Below the pieces are notes generated by a model. The model did no database searches. It saw only the letters and a list, made by a program, of their open reading frames with translations, and was not told the origin of the DNA. Positions 24,481-48,708 of a stretch of DNA of 64,000 bases are shown piece by piece. Each line of letters opens with the position of its first letter. Position 1 is the first letter of the stretch. Origin of the DNA: Hormiphora californensis (taxonomy: Eukaryota; Animalia; Ctenophora); the NCBI GenBank assembly GCA_020137815.1, contig CM035358.1, forward strand, positions 7,068,001 to 7,132,000. The letters are read 5' to 3'. A program made the position numbers and the translations under genes.

Positions 24481-25845
24481 CAGGAAGCGACCGAATATTC
24501 GGTTCGGTTCGGTTCGGTTCGGAAATTCGGTGTTTTTTGGGCGGTTCGGTTCGGTTCGGTTCGGTAGGAAATTTTGGCCGAACCACCGAATTTTTTGGTC
24601 AAATAATGCCCAGAAATCGGGCTTTTTCATGCAAAATTTTTCAATTATTTCACGAAAATTGTATGGATTTCAATGTCAATTTCGCCGTATTAACCCTATT
24701 ATTAACCTATTTCGAATCGGTGGTGCTATGTGGAAATGATTTCGCTAGTTAGCGGGTTCGATATGGATTGATTTGATACCTGACTTCCCGTCGAATCGTG
24801 TCCTCATGAGAGGGTTAACAAATTCAGAAACTTTTTTTTTTCAAAAAATTCATGGAGAGCACCGATCAAGGTGTTAAGAATCATTCTCTGAAATTTTGTA
24901 AAAAAGTTTGGAAAATATTTCAAAGTCAATTTTATGGAAAATTTTCTACGTCAATTTTTGCGTACGAATCGTGTTTCGAATCGGTATTGCTAAGCGGGAG
25001 TGATGTTGCTAATTAGTGGGTCCGAGATGGATTATGCTGATACGTGATCCCCCATCAAATCTAATTAGGAAGTTTAGGGGAAACGATTCATGTTTCAATA
25101 AATCATGGTAATTAGCGAGAGCACTGCCGCATGGCGCATAGCATCACCGATTCGCAACACGATTCGTACGGCAAAATTGACATAGAATTTTTTTTCCGAA
25201 ATTGACTTTGAAATATTTTACAAAGTTTTTTCACAAAATTAAATGTTTCTCTAAAAATTCATGGAGAGCATCGATCAGGGTATTGAGAATCATTACCTGA
25301 AATTTTGTGAAATTTTTTTTGTGAAAAATATTTTAAGTAAATTATGGTATACGAATCGTGTTTCTAATCGACAATGCTAAACGGGAGTGATGTTGGTAAT
25401 TAGTGGGTCCGAGATGGATTGTGCTGATACGTGATCCACCATCAAATCTAATTAGGAAATTTAGAGAGACACGATTCATGGTTCGTTTAATCCTGCTAAT
25501 TAGCAATACCATTCCCGTATAGCATTGCCGATTCGAAACACGATTCGTACGCAAAAATTGACATAGAAAATTTACGATAAAATTGACTTTGAAAATTTTT
25601 TCACAAAATTGACTCTGAAATTTTTTCAAACATTTTTTAACAAAATTTCAGAGAATGATTCTCAATACCTTGATCGGTGCTCTCCATGACTTTTTAGAGA
25701 AACATTTACACAGAAAAAGTTTTGTATGGTTCGGTTCGGTTCGGTTACCGAAATTCGGTTCGGTTCGGTTCGGTTCGGTAAAAAAGTTTTTCAAATTCGG
25801 TTCGGTTCGGTTCGGTGGAAAAAAACCCGGTTCGGTCGTTTCCTG
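24481..25845. mobile_element. 1365-bp non-autonomous hAT-like element with (TTCGG)n subterminal arrays
   Basis: TIR CAGGAAGCGACCGAA / TTCGGTCGTTTCCTG; 8-bp TSD CCATGGGT; internal inverted blocks; no transposase ORF. Confidence 0.92.
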
Positions 25846-26839
25846 CCATGGGTACTGCCATTCAGAGAATGACACGAAAGATATTATTCGGGCGACATTA
25901 TGTAGGAATATGTGTAAATAAATGTGTACTAATATTATACTCTTTATATATCGTTATTTTATGTTTGAAACTTGAAAAACAAGTATTTTCCATTGATAAT
26001 GAACCTGTTAGATTGCTAAATTGAAGTCGGGCTGATCACAATTTACATGCCAGTGGTATAACTATCGGGAATCAGTAGACCCCGCCGGACATGGTCAGCT
26101 ATGGGCTTCTCGGCCAACCTTTTCCGGTTACCCGCTCCAACTTTAATAGAGTGTGACGCCTCCTCCACAGAACACACACATCGCCATGGTTACCAAGTCC
26201 CCGCGCGTGTATTGACTCATTATTGAGACTCAGAGAGGGAGGGAGAGAGTAAGCTGATAGATCCATGTCCCCCGTTTATACCTTATAAGGTCAAATTGGT
26301 TGGCGCCGTACACACACACACACACACACAGAGAATATAGTAGAGAGGGAGGGAGGGATGTTACTGGTAACTTAGCTTTGGTGCATTGGCCGATTATCCG
26401 TTTATCTCTTGTGTTGTGTGTGCAGCGGCCCGTGTGCTTGGTAGCTTTGAGTCCTTCCTTTTCTAAACTGCTCTCTCTCTCTCCCCTTTCAGTTTCCTGT
26501 ATCGGTGACCCATCATATTTCTATTTTCTGTGTTTGCAGTTTCCTTGAACCGTCCGGCTCGCACGATCAAGAATCTGAAAGTGAACAACTTCATGACTCT
26601 CATTCTCAACTAGTTCAGTAACTTCCTCACCAGCATCCACCAGCATCCTGTCATTAGTGTACTGTGGTATTATATTGGCCACAATTGGCCGTATACCACA
26701 AGTAACTGCAGGACTATCTTGACCACTAACTCTGATCGAACTGATACAACTTGCCTCTCTTGTAGTCTTCAATTAAACTGTATCTTCGTTGTAGAATATA
26801 GCTACACAGTATCAGACACCCTCACGAACCGCACTGATC

Positions 26840-26912
26840 CTGTCTGGCGGCGCCAGACCCCAATTCACAATTCGCGACAGTGCGCTCAGATGGGGTCGGC
26901 GGCAACAGACAG
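26840..26912. mobile_element. ~70-bp hairpin mini-MITE (hAT-like)
   Basis: CTGTCTGGCGGCGCCAGACCCC...GGGGTCGGCGGCAACAGACAG with near-TSD CACTGATC/CACCGATC. Other copies at ~9134-9221, ~22369-22438, ~44600-44671 and 49071-49137 (CGCTTGTC/TGCTTGTC). Confidence 0.75.
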
Positions 26913-27104
26913 CACCGATCCGGGCTACAGAGAGAGAGGATCTACTAAGGCCACCAAAAAACCACCAATTTATCACTGAATAAGAATCCGCAAGCAGCTA
27001 TTTAGATCTCCGTCCCCGTCCCTGGCCCTCAGATCTATCTGATTTTACCGGTAGGGTGTCTGTCTTCAATTGACCATTTCATCAGCAAGATCTCTCTATC
27101 TCAT

Positions 27105-27149
27105 TTCTCTCTCTCTCTCTCTCCCTCTCTCTCACTCTCTCTCTCACCC

Positions 27150-27236
<87 letters not shown>

Positions 27237-27360
27237 CTCCTCTCTCTCTCTCTCTCTCTCCCTCTCTCTCTCTCTCTCCTCTCCCTCTCTCTCTCCTCCC
27301 TCCCTCACCCTCCTATCTCTCCCTCTCTCCCTCTCCCACCTCCTGTTCACTCTCTCTCCT
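27105..27360. repeat. (CT)n/(GA)n microsatellite, one of many
   Basis: Similar tracts at 29025-29290, 35467-35520, 35923-35990, 37585-37660, 38765-38835, 40530-40736, 60038-60170 and 61605-61730. Confidence 0.95.
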
Positions 27361-29049
27361 GCTGTCATAAGGTTCGGTGGTCATGAGCCTTCACACCTCT
27401 CTCCTTCTTTTCTCAATCTTCTCTCTCTCTCCACTCACGATCTTTATGTCTTCCCACCAAGCAGAGCACTTCACAACCTCTCTCTCCTTTTTTACATCTG
27501 TCCAGCTCAAATCTAGTATTGCTTGAGCTGCATGTAGAGTTTTTCAATTGTTTGGAACAATCCACCACGCCCAATATTATCCCCCCTCTCTCTCTCTTTC
27601 CCTCTCTGATGATGTCATATTATGTCGTGATGTCATTTCCAAATCCCTACTACATGACATTCTCAAGATACGGATATATCTCGTGTATAACATCACACTG
27701 GGAATCTTGAGTCTGTGTAGTGTAGCACTTGGTAAACAACTGCTGTGTTTTTGTTTGGGTTTTTGGGAATTAACCTGCTTGTGCAAGGACACAAAGACCT
27801 CAAGGTTGTGGTTTGCCTACTCGACCTCATTACACTTTGTGTAGTAGGGGAGTGTCATGGTCACAAACAATGACCTGCAGGATCTAGGAGGCTACTCATC
27901 ATCATGCAACCCCCCCCCCCTACCAAACCAGATCGTACACTGCACACATTCTCCACTAGAGCTGGAACATTCAGTATGCAGTTTACATCTTTCCGCGAGA
28001 AGACCGCTTCTTCTTCACCTGTTTTACCGTGCATGCTAGGTGAACGAAGACAAAGGTGTGAGAACGAGAAAGAGAGAGGGAGAGAGAGGGAGAGAGAGAG
28101 AGAGAGAGAAAGAAAGAAAGAGAGGACTATGTGTAGAGATAGCTCAGTGAATCTTTTGTCCCCTTTCCGTAGTAGTTTTTGCAACACGTCGTTGTTTTCA
28201 TGTCCTTGTGTTTCTACAACTGGACTGGACGATGTAGCTAGCTATAATATTAGCTCGAGATGTTGTGTAATATTACATCGAGCATAGTACGGAAATTAAA
28301 CCTTTAAATAGCGCAATGTTACTACAAGTTATTAATATTTGATAAGTAGATACTTCAGTAATAATTGATCTGAATTTAGTAACTTCCGTGAGTTATGATT
28401 TAATTAGCATGATAGCTCCAGCGTGGATACATTTCATAAACCAACCACCATAAAATAATTTGTGTTCAGTACCTTCACTCTTCATTTTTTCTTGACTTTG
28501 GCCCAAAGTTTGGGGATACTTCTCGAATCCCGGCTTTGTAACTTCCTGGCTTCGAAACACGCAAGTTTTCAGGCGTCCCTCCCCTTGTCTCACCTTAGTA
28601 GTAGGAAACATGCATTTAACCAGCTCTTTCACCTTCTCTCTCACTGAGAGTCTCAGTCACACCATGTCACTCTCTCCCACCTCCCCTTTTTTCACCTTCA
28701 CTCTCTCTCTCTCCAGGGGCCGGTAACCTTGTTTAGCGGGTCAGCAGTTTCCCGCCTTCCGTGTGTCAGTGTAGCTTGACAGATGCTGCTGCTGCAAGTG
28801 TCACTTCTTTGGGTTTCACACAAGCAAACTGTGTACATTGTGTGTGTGTACAATGTACATTGACCTCTCTTGGTGTGTTGTTACTTCGGTTACTTGCAGT
28901 CATCTCTTGGTCTACCTTCTTATTATTTTCTGTTATATTTTTTGATTACGTAGATGTTTTAGCTTGTTGATCCCCTTACTATGACTCCTCTCTTAGCAAC
29001 AATACAAGCTAACCCCAAATTAAAATCTCTCTCTATCTCTCTCTCTCTT

Positions 29050-29201
<152 letters not shown>

Positions 29202-29202
29202 G

Positions 29203-29279
<77 letters not shown>

Positions 29280-30717
29280 TCTCTCTCTCTCACACACTGT
29301 TTCGTTGTTGATCCTAGCGAGGACGCTGAATGTTTTTAGCATAATTATGCAGCTTAGACCTTCCGTCTCTACCACCTCCCAGCGGGCCCCTCCTTCGATC
29401 CCCCTCTCTTTCCCTCAGTATCCCCACCCTCTTCCCTGCTCGACATCTCTCAGATAATTCTCTCTCTCTCTCTCTCTCTTACTCTCTGAAACTCAATCTC
29501 TCTCTCTCCATCTCCCTCACTCTCTGGTCACTCCACTATCTCTCCTCATTTCGCTTCCTTTACTTCTCCCGCGCTGTTTGTGTTTCTCCCCAGCTCCCCC
29601 TCCTTCTCTTTCCCGCTCCTCCGCGTGAACAACATGTAGGAGGATAGATCGCCTTCCCGCTGATAATTCTGACTTAGGGGATAGATCGCGATATATCATC
29701 CTTTGATCATCAAAGTTTGATGACTGAATAGAGAGGTAGCAAGAGAGGGAGAGAGAGATATGACTTACTAAGAGAGATAATTAAAAGGATAGAGAAATAG
29801 ATGGTGAGAATCTGTAATGAGAGACGGTGTTGTTGTGGTGGTATGATGTTACAACCTCTGTGTGTGTGAGCTCTCTCTCTCACCGTTCCCGCGTTACCTT
29901 TAGTCTTATGCCACCTGGCGTTGTGGGGCCCCCTCTCTAGCTGCAGATCCAGTGATCTCACTTTGTAGTTTCTTTTCTCACAACTCTGTTTTTAATTTCC
30001 TCTTTGCTGTCCTCTAACCTTGTGTCATCCCTGCGCTAGGTTCTCTAACTTTTTCAGTTTGAACTTTTTCATGACTGGTGACAGTGATTGAATGACCACT
30101 TTTTATTCTTCTCTGGTTTCCCTGTCAACTGAGTATAATTCAGTTAAATTAGGGCGTCATCACATCATGATTACATTCCAATTACACATGCTAATTTACA
30201 CGTGTAGGTACCTACCACCTGTAATTGGAAACTGAGTAGTATTTTAGTCCGCCAATTTCCACCCTCATTTCTCATCATATCCTCTCCGATCGTATTACAT
30301 CCTCAACTTGATAGCGAGCATATGTTTATTCTCATCAGGAGCTCGCTTCATCTGTCTAGCTGAGTTGTTTCTGCTACAAAATTTGTCCATCTTCCATAAA
30401 ATTGGTTTGGTCTGGTTTTGGTTTGAAAATATAAAGTTGAACTCAAACAATAAAATAAAGCAGTCTTTAAAATAGTTTTTGAGTCCGGCCCCATGCGAGG
30501 AACATCAATCACTACAAAACACACAAATAAAACACACAAAATAATGTTCCACATACTGTTTGCAGCTGGTCTTCATGATTATTTCAAGTTCAACGTCTAG
30601 TTGCCATCACTTCCTGTTAACGTGATTGTTGCCAAATTGCCGAGGAGTCAGTGGGACTCCCTAGCTCTATCTATCTTGGGAGTGGGCTCCCTATCATACC
30701 TAGTCACGGCAGTCCTA

Positions 30718-31267
30718 GAGCCTCTCTAGACGAGACAAAATCTCGTATGAGGCTACTATAGGAGGCTCCTATAGGAGGCTCCTATAGTAGGTGGATACTC
30801 GTCTAGAGCTTCATTTCTACTCTAACAGCCTGTTAGAGTTTGAACCATTACAGCCTACTATAGGAGCCTCTAGAGGTTGACCCTATGAGGATAGATTTTG
30901 GACCCTCGATATAGGGCTCCTATAGTAGCTTTTTGCCGTGATCGTTGTCTACGTGTGAACGAAATATGAAACGGGGACGTTTTGGAAGCCTTACATTCAC
31001 ACTTCATCACCCCCTGTTAACACGACCCATTATTTACCCAGGTATAATATTTCGTTCACACGTGACAACGATCACGTGCAATAGCTACTATAGGAGCTCA
31101 TACGACGGTCCAAATCATCTTAGACGAGCCTCGTATGAGGCTCCTATGGAGGCTCCATAGTAGCCAGTTACTCGTTTAGAGTGGTCTTGCTACCTACTAT
31201 AGGAGCCTCCTATAGGAGCCTACTATAGGAGCCTCATACGAGATTTTGTCTCGTCTAGAAAGGCTCC
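30718..31267. mobile_element. ~550-bp imperfect palindrome (foldback or nested MITE) with CTCCTATAGGAG subrepeats
   Basis: TCTAGACGAGACAAAATCTCGTATGAGGCT (30726) inverted at ~31230-31259; inner IR ACGTGTGAACGAAATAT; TSD not resolved. Confidence 0.75.
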
Positions 31268-31318
31268 TACTATCACTGTCGGATAGAGGAGTTGATTACT
31301 TTTGGCCTACTTTTGTCC

Positions 31319-34300
31319 GTGTGTGTGTGTGTGTGTGTGTGTTCAGTACCTCCCGTCGTTCCACCCCATGCTGAGGTTATTGATGACCCCTCAGCCGGCC
31401 CGTTACTGACCTCACTCCTTGCCAGATACCCCACACGCAGGGTCACTGTCGGTATGATTCCACTTAGATTCCACTGGTTTTCCCAGCAGTCCTCTTATGG
31501 TACCGCAAAAGGAGCATGCGAGTCTGTGTCGGATTTGGCACGGAGAAATCTTTCCCCGCAGACATGTGATGGGACTTACCGTCCAATTGGTTGTCTTGGT
31601 TACCACTGTCACGACAACTGTGGAAGTAGGTGATTTCCCGGATATAATTGATTACCTATCAAGGGATTAAATGCTTATCTTTACACCAAGGGTCTTGTAG
31701 TCTAAGCTAGCTAGTAATGTATCACAGTACGACCCAAGGGTCCGGTCAGGCGATGTTGCCATCGCCGGGTGGCCAGGTTATAGATAGTTTTGTTGTAAAA
31801 CACGTCTATGGTTGTCCCTGAGTGCATTTGACCAGTACAGTTCACTCAGGGCTTCGCGTAATTAATGCGAGGGGTCTCAGTGTATGCGTGTTTGCTATTT
31901 GAATAAGGGTACCATTGATTAAGTGTCCCAAACTGTAATGGGCTTTTCCCTGACTACTACAGGGTCTTTCAGATTCGTAGGTTTGGTCACTTGCCTAGTT
32001 TTTGGGGTGTGCGTGTCTGAGGCTCGGTGATTTGTTTGTAGGTGTGGAGATCACGCATGTGCGGAGCTTGGGATAGTTCTGTTTTAGTCTTTTTGGATCT
32101 GTCATAATGTTGTATAGGGTCCTTGGTGTTATTGGAACATGTTACAGTTGTGACCAGCTTTATGAATTCTTTAGGTCGAGTCGACTGTGTGGAGTAGATG
32201 TTGTGCTCGTGTTATTGTAATCTGTCTTGTGTCTTAGTTCGTCCAGGTTTGGGCAGTGGAGTAGGATATGCTCTGATTTTTCTTTCTTGTTGCAGAGTTT
32301 GCATAGGGGGCTTATTTTATTGTCCCTGTGTGCTAGAGAGCATCCTAGGTTGTTTTGGTTTGAGATTGCTAGTGGTAGGCTTCTTAGCGTGGGTTGTTTG
32401 TTATTGTAAGTTTTGGGTAAACATTCAAGAGTTTTTGGAGGATAGTTGTGGTCCATCATTGTAGTTTGATTTTTCTAGGTCGTTTAGGGTTTTTATCTGT
32501 GTGTTGTTTTAGTCGGTGTAGGATTTGTGTCTTCGTGAGTGGTAGGGTGTTTGGGCAGTTTTCGCTATTGTTTGTTGCCTCTTTGGCTAGTAGATCAGCT
32601 TTTTCGTTGCCTTCGATGCCTATGTGTGCTTTGACTTTGTTTAATGTCACTTTGTTGTTTTCTTGGAGTGACTGGATTTTTTGTTTTGTTGTTTCTAGAT
32701 GTTTGGATCTTGTAGTGCTGCTGAGTAGGTTTGTTAGAGTGGTTTGGGAGTCAGAATAGAAGTTGATGTTCGCTTCTTTCGTGTTTGTCTCCAAGAGATG
32801 GGTGGTTGCTATCAGTATGGCCTGCATTTCAGCTTGGTTGATTGTGTTTTCTGGTGCCATTGTTTGGGTTAATGTTTTAACATCGGTTGAGTTGGAGAAA
32901 TATATGGCAGCGCCTGCTCCTACCTTGGATGTGGAGTTCTCTGTCATTTTGGACCCGTCCGTAAAGATGTTGATGTGGTAGGAGGTATGCATATTTTTGT
33001 TGTGTGTGATCTTTTGTATTGTGGGGGCCATTGAGTCAATGTCTTGGTTTGGGCAAATCTGGGTTAGGTGGTTTGTCATGTCTTTGGATTGGGTCAATTT
33101 TGCCCTGTGTCCATGATTTGGGTCGGTTATCCATATGTTGTTAATTTTTAGGTGAATGTAGTTGTTCAATCTCTCTTTGTTGATGAGGAACGTTATGTTG
33201 TCTACCCCTGCTAACTTGGTTAGTAGTGCGGATTGGGTGTGTTTTTGCCCTCCGGTGATGCTTCTTGTTATGGTATTTTGTGTTTTCTGGAGGTTGTTCA
33301 TGCTTTCTTTGTTTTTGAGGACTGTGTGTCCCCAGCTGCCTGCACAATATAGAAGATTTGGCATTAGGATTTGGTCGTGGATGTATCTTGCCTGGTTAGT
33401 ACTAAGTCCCCATTTTAGGTTTATAAGGTATTTTAGGGGTCGGGCTGCGGCTTTGACCTTTTCTGTTTTGTCTTTGATATGGGCTTTGTAGTTTAGTTTG
33501 TCGTCTAGGATTACTCCTAGGTACGGTGCGTACTTTTGGATTTGTAGAGTTTCTTCCCCCAGTGTTATTTCTTTTATGGTTGTTTTTTGGTGCGGGTTGT
33601 GGAATGCTATCACGTTGGTTTTTGCTGTGCTAAGTGATAGGCCTTGGTCGTTGACCCATTTTCTGATAAGGTTGATTTGTTCGGCTAGTATATCGTGCAT
33701 AGTGGAGTTTAGATCTAGTCCGGTGATGATGATGACGATGTCATCTGCGTACAGGATAATGAGATCTAGATTGCATGCTGTGTATTTGATGGTATTCATG
33801 CATAGGTTCCATAGGAGGGGTGAGAGGATTCCCCCTTGGGGGGTACCCCTATGGATTTTGCAGACAATGTTTTCTCCATTTAGCTCGAGCATGATGCTGC
33901 GGTTTCTTAGTGCGTGGCTGATCCATTCGTAGATTTCGGGCGGGAGTTTTATTTTGTCGAGGCCGCGTTCGAGTGCTCTGAATGTAACTTTGTCAAAAGC
34001 ACCCTCGATATCGAGGAAGGCTCCTAGGGCATATTGTTTGTTTGCTAGTGCGTCTTCGATGGCGTTGGTAAGTGTATGTAGAGCTGTTTATGGTTTGATT
34101 TGCCTTTGCGGAAGCCGTGTTGGTTGTCGATAAGTTTTTGTGTTGATTTTAGGTCGCTTGAGGAAATTGAGGATGCCCCTTTCCATTAGTTTGTGGATGT
34201 TGGATGCTAGGCATATTATACGGTAGCTTTTGGGGCTTTTGTAGTCGGTCTTTCCTGGTTTTGCAATGATTATTCCTTTTGATGTTTGCCATAGCTTGGG

Positions 34301-34836
34301 TTTTAGTCTGGAGGATAGTGTTAGTAGCATAAACTGTCTTAGTTTGGGGGCGATGATATCCCAGGTGTCGATAAGCATTCCGTTTGTTATGTGGTCTAGG
34401 CCCGGGGCTTTTTTCCTTTTTAGTTGTTTGACTGCTTTCTTGAGGTGGTTATCAGTTAGTTGCTTTTCTAACGGGATTTTGAGTTTTTGTGCCTTTCTCT
34501 GTTCCCATTTTTGGTCTTTTGGTTCTGTTGGAGGGAAGTGGGTCTCTGCCAAGGCTTTTAGCATTATTTTGGGGTTGTCTGACTCGGTTGTTGGACTGGT
34601 TCTTATTGTTGTTAGTTTGTCTTTCCTTTTACTTCCTTGAAGTTTTTTGCTCACTGCTCCTACAGTGGTGAGGGTTGAGATCTCGGTTTTCCATCTGTCA
34701 TCGTCGCATCTTTGGATTTCTTTCCCTAGTTCTCTTTTTAGGGATTGGAATTTTGTTTTTTGGATGTCGGTTTTTTTGGTACCTTTTAGGCATTTTAGTT
34801 CCTCTTTGATGGCTGTGGCTGCTGGTGACCAGGGCG
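31319..34836 (-). mobile_element. 5'-truncated non-LTR retrotransposon (RT + RNase H; LOA/R1-like), frameshifted
   Basis: KAPGLD, YRIICL, QHGFRKGKS, GAFLDIEGAFD, GTPQGGILSPLLWN, YADD, YLGVILD; RNase H IFTDGSK...KVKAHIGIEGNEKADLLAK; CKLC...EHILLHC zinc knuckle. Frameshifts near 34090-34160 and ~32470. ~800-bp 3' UTR ending in (AC)n. Confidence 0.93.
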
Positions 34837-35464
34837 TTGTGATGCCTCTCCCACTGTCCCTCCCTCCCTATCACATTCAGTGTCCTGTCCCTCCCTCCCT
34901 ATCACATTCAATGTCCTGTCCCTCCCTCCCTATCACATTCAGTGACGGCAGTCTCATGATGTGCCAGGGCCTGGACTTGAACCATGACATTGGTTCTCTC
35001 ATGTTTGTACTGAAATCCCTGGATTTTGTATACTGTTTGTTCTCAGTTCCTCAAAATAACCGGGAGACAGTCCTGTTATTCCTTCCTTGTATAGGTCCTT
35101 GTTATCAATAGATTCGACTGCCTGTAACTGATATACCATGTTCTGAGGTAACTTGATTTGATAGACAGTTTGCCATAATCGATATAGCAGGTCCCCGCTT
35201 CATTTCATGAGACCAACCGCGAGCCATGGGCTTAATTTTGAGGAGAGAGAGAGATAGAGAAGCGCTGTTTGAGAGAGTCTGGGAGAGTGTAAAGTGACTG
35301 ATTTGGAGAGTATACCATGGGTCATGAGAAGATGGTGGTGGGGAGAGCGGTAGTCGTAGATACAATTACATCATGTCTAGACTTCCATCTCAATCTGCAG
35401 TAGCAGAGAGAAGAAGTCCACCCGGAAGAGAGTCCCTTCATCCCCAGAATGTATATTTTGTATG

Positions 35465-35506
<42 letters not shown>

Positions 35507-35952
35507 GAGAGAGGGATAGAGAGTGGTGAGAGAGTAGTCAGTAGAGAGTGACCCCCCCCCTCACAATTAGCTGTACCAGCTCTTGATTAGGTGACAGTAC
35601 ATTGGTAGATTCAGCTCTTCCTTGTTGACCCTGATAGTGCCACGGCTGCCCCCCTCAAGGCTACTTTGTTGTTGGGGCTTCACCAATTTGTAAGATTGAT
35701 ATTTTCTCGGCAATTAACTTATCGAGTATCGATGTCATCTCGTTTTATGTGGCCGGACTTTTCATTTGGTTTAGATTTGGGTTAAGATTTGGGTTAGTTT
35801 GGTTTAATTTGACTTTGACTTTTGATCATCATATTTCTTGTCTGAATGGAGAGTGTGAATCCATGTACATAGAGTCTTCTTTCTCTAGTTCCATGCGGTG
35901 GTGTGTGTGTGTGTATGAGTTTTAGAGAGAGAGAGTGAGAGAGAGAGAGAGA

Positions 35953-35991
<39 letters not shown>

Positions 35992-37138
35992 CGAATGATA
36001 GACAGAGAGAGAGAGAGATGGAGGTAACATTATATGAGATTGTTGTTCATTAAACTTGTAGTTTTGTCATGACAACCGATGCTTATTATCATTATCTATC
36101 ATGTACATAGACTTGGTACATAACTATTCGGTTATTAGTCATCTGCTATATCCTATAGTCGGTCCTAACTCCTATCTCTCTTTCTCTCTCTCTTTCTCTC
36201 TCTCTCTCACTCTCTTTTCCCCGTCTCTCTGCTTTGTTTGTAGTCGCTGTGTATTGTGCAAGCCCACTTATTCTGGCCCCTCTAGCACTCTCTTGTATAC
36301 ATGCTAAATATTGTGCGTTTGCTGTCCTATAAGCTACACTTTTTTAGTTTTCTATTTCGTTAAAAATCAATACGTCGTGATTTACATTTACTGTTCATTT
36401 TGAGAATTCGGATATACAAAATTCCGTTAAAAACTAAGTGAAACTAAGTGCCCTTAAAAGTTTGAAGCGAAAAGCACTCTGGATCGATTGTGAGCTTTTA
36501 GCCCTCCCACGTCCCTCTCTATCTCTCTATCTCGGATAGGTTTTTATTTCCTTAAAAGGTATAATCTTTTTCAATATATGCATAAGCGAATTTAGTGTCT
36601 TCTTTATTGATCTCTCAGCTATCGAATATATGTTGAGGGTCTCAGCAGCAATATTATACACGTGGACATGTTTAATTTACTGTCTACTCGTGCCCGGCCC
36701 AGTGAACACGTGTGGATCGATTGGGGGACTCAATTTGTACTTTGCATACACTTTTAGAAGTTTATAGTGCTTTTAAAATTCTGGTGCAGTTAGCACGAAC
36801 CGACCGAAACAAGTAAACAACCAATCAGAACTCGTTATTTAGGTCACGTGACTGGTTATCAGCCAATCAGGGACCAGTATTTCCTGATTCGGTCGGTCTG
36901 CGACCTGCGTGTGAATTTTATAAGTATGAATCTTGCTGCATTACCTGCAAAAATATATCTGTGTGTCTGTCTGTGTGTTTGTGTGCGTGTCTGCGTGTCT
37001 GTGTGTTTGTGTGTTTGTCCGTGAGAGTAATATCCAGGGGGTATATCATCAGAGAGTGCTGTACACACTGTGTGTGTGTGCTTGTGAGATTGGATTGCCA
37101 GCAAATCTGTGTCATCTGAGGGAGAGAGAGAGATAGAA

Positions 37139-37173
<35 letters not shown>

Positions 37174-37581
37174 AAGATAGAGAGAGAGAAAGATAGAGAG
37201 AGAGAGGGGGATCAGAGAATGATCCTAGAGTCTTCGCATGTAGTTGAATTTGACGCCATCAATCATCTTCAAATTGCTATTGAATTTTAATCTAGTTATT
37301 CCGGGGTTGAATGAATTTTACTTTCATTGCATGCATATGAGCAAATTCTCAGGCTATATTCTTGAACTGTCAGGTAGACAGAGAGATGAATAGAGATACA
37401 GACAGCTAGACCTAGAGAAAGAAATGGAGATACAGACAGCTAGACATAGAGAGAGAAATGGAGATAGAAAGGACCTTACGCTTGAAATGATACGCATTAG
37501 CGCTCTCTCTCGAGAGATAGTAGAGATCTCTACTATCTCTCTCCATCTCTATTCTTTTCTCCCTTATAATAGGTCTCAAAC

Positions 37582-37662
<81 letters not shown>

Positions 37663-38786
37663 CTCCCTCCTCCCCTCTCCCTCCCTACCTCTCTCTGATC
37701 GAGCTTCCTGGTGTCTCTACGCGACACATTCTCAACCCTCTCCCTTCGTCCAGTTCTATAAGTTCTGCTCCTATATGCTTCGAATAATGCCCTCTCTCTC
37801 TTTATGCAACCCCATTATGTCTCGCCTATCGGTTACATGTAACGGGCTCCCTCCCGCTGCCTGCACCAATTATAGTTAAATTAGTTATGTATAGTTACTT
37901 CGTTACTTTTTGCTATTTATTTGTTACATTATTTATACAGTCATCAGTAGCTTTCATGATCGATATTGCCAAGCTAGACTGCCTTTCGCGCGCCCCGGGG
38001 TTGAACAAAACAAGATCGATAATATTATGGACACAATTCCAAATTCGATCCTTGATCATTCTCCTAACTCGACGTTTCTAAATTTCATTATCTCACAATT
38101 TTATGAATGCCATGATCTCCGAGCCCTGTCCTTGTGGAGTAATTAAAGCTGAATTTGTAACAAACATAATAATATCCAGAGAGAAGCTCCGGGAGCTCAT
38201 GTTACATTATTATGAATGTGTGTGTCTGTTACCCGCCCTAACTCTTCCCGCACCTCACGACCTTTCCTTTATAAGATCATCCACTAAACCTTGATCATTT
38301 CCAATTGGCATCTGTAATTCAAATCCAGTTTTGATTATTAACTCATTTCCCACGGTATGTGAAATTATCTCAAGATCAGGGCAGTTTCCTATTTTAATTT
38401 TTATGATGCAGTTTGAGATATGGCTTTTGTTGTTGTTGTGTATTCTTGACAATCAATAAATTGTAGAGCTATTTCAGTAATTATGTGTTAGCTGTTACTT
38501 ACTGTCGACACTGATATAATTGTATGTGTGGTAATTGGACAGGTCTTACTGCACGTTGTCAGTGAAACTCCTGTCTGCATTCTACCTGCAACTGACTGCC
38601 AAGGGGCAACGAAAATTCATATCTTAGAATCTGTCTGGGATTCATTGCATACCCCGCCCCTAATTTCTGACACTTTGCAGTGTTTTGCTGCTGCAGCACT
38701 GCCCCAAATTTGGTTACACACTCTGGAATGTCGGGTGACAGTTGGGTTATATACATGAGGAAAAAAGAGAGAGGGATAGAGAGAGG

Positions 38787-38838
<52 letters not shown>

Positions 38839-39115
38839 AAAGAGGGGAGAGAGGAGCTGTCTGTAACTTTATGTGTATACAACATCCGTATGTCTTTGCC
38901 TTTGTAACTTTAGTTGCTTGAACTATGGCATAATTTTGATCGGTAGTCTTACAGTTATTCCCAATTATATCAACGACCTAATTTATCTAACACTTATCTA
39001 ATTGTTCACCTCATTACCAAAAATGACATCTGCTTAGTTCTAGTTAACGCTTAGTTAATATCCGTTTAGTGAGAAACTCCACATATGGTTCTAATAACCC
39101 AACTTCTTCACCTAG

Positions 39116-48376
<9,261 letters not shown>

Positions 48377-48708
48377 CAAAAAAGAACCCTTGATATAATT
48401 ACAGTCAGAGATATATATCATTATCAGAGAGAATTTATTTTTACACTTATTTTGACCGTTAATTGAAGTCAGCTATTAAATTATACAGGAAGAATATTCA
48501 TTATTCCAATTTGTAGAAGCACCTGCACATTTTGCAGAGTTACACTCCCCCACCGCTGAGCTAATGATAGGTTAATTTAATAATTTTATTGACGTTATAT
48601 TTAAGTGAAATTGTTTTTACAACAACTAAAATAAGCGACTCTTGATTCTATTCTTTGATTAACGCCCCCTTGCACATGCAGTGCAGTTGCACCACTAACT
48701 TAAACTAG

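Noticed and set aside
24224-25921. TEPNR / FGSVR repeat ORFs as a transposase
   Set aside because: Translations of (TTCGG)n subterminal arrays; no DDE or BED motifs.
32198-35111. Plus-strand ORFs over the LINE
   Set aside because: Antisense shadows of the RT/RNase H frame.
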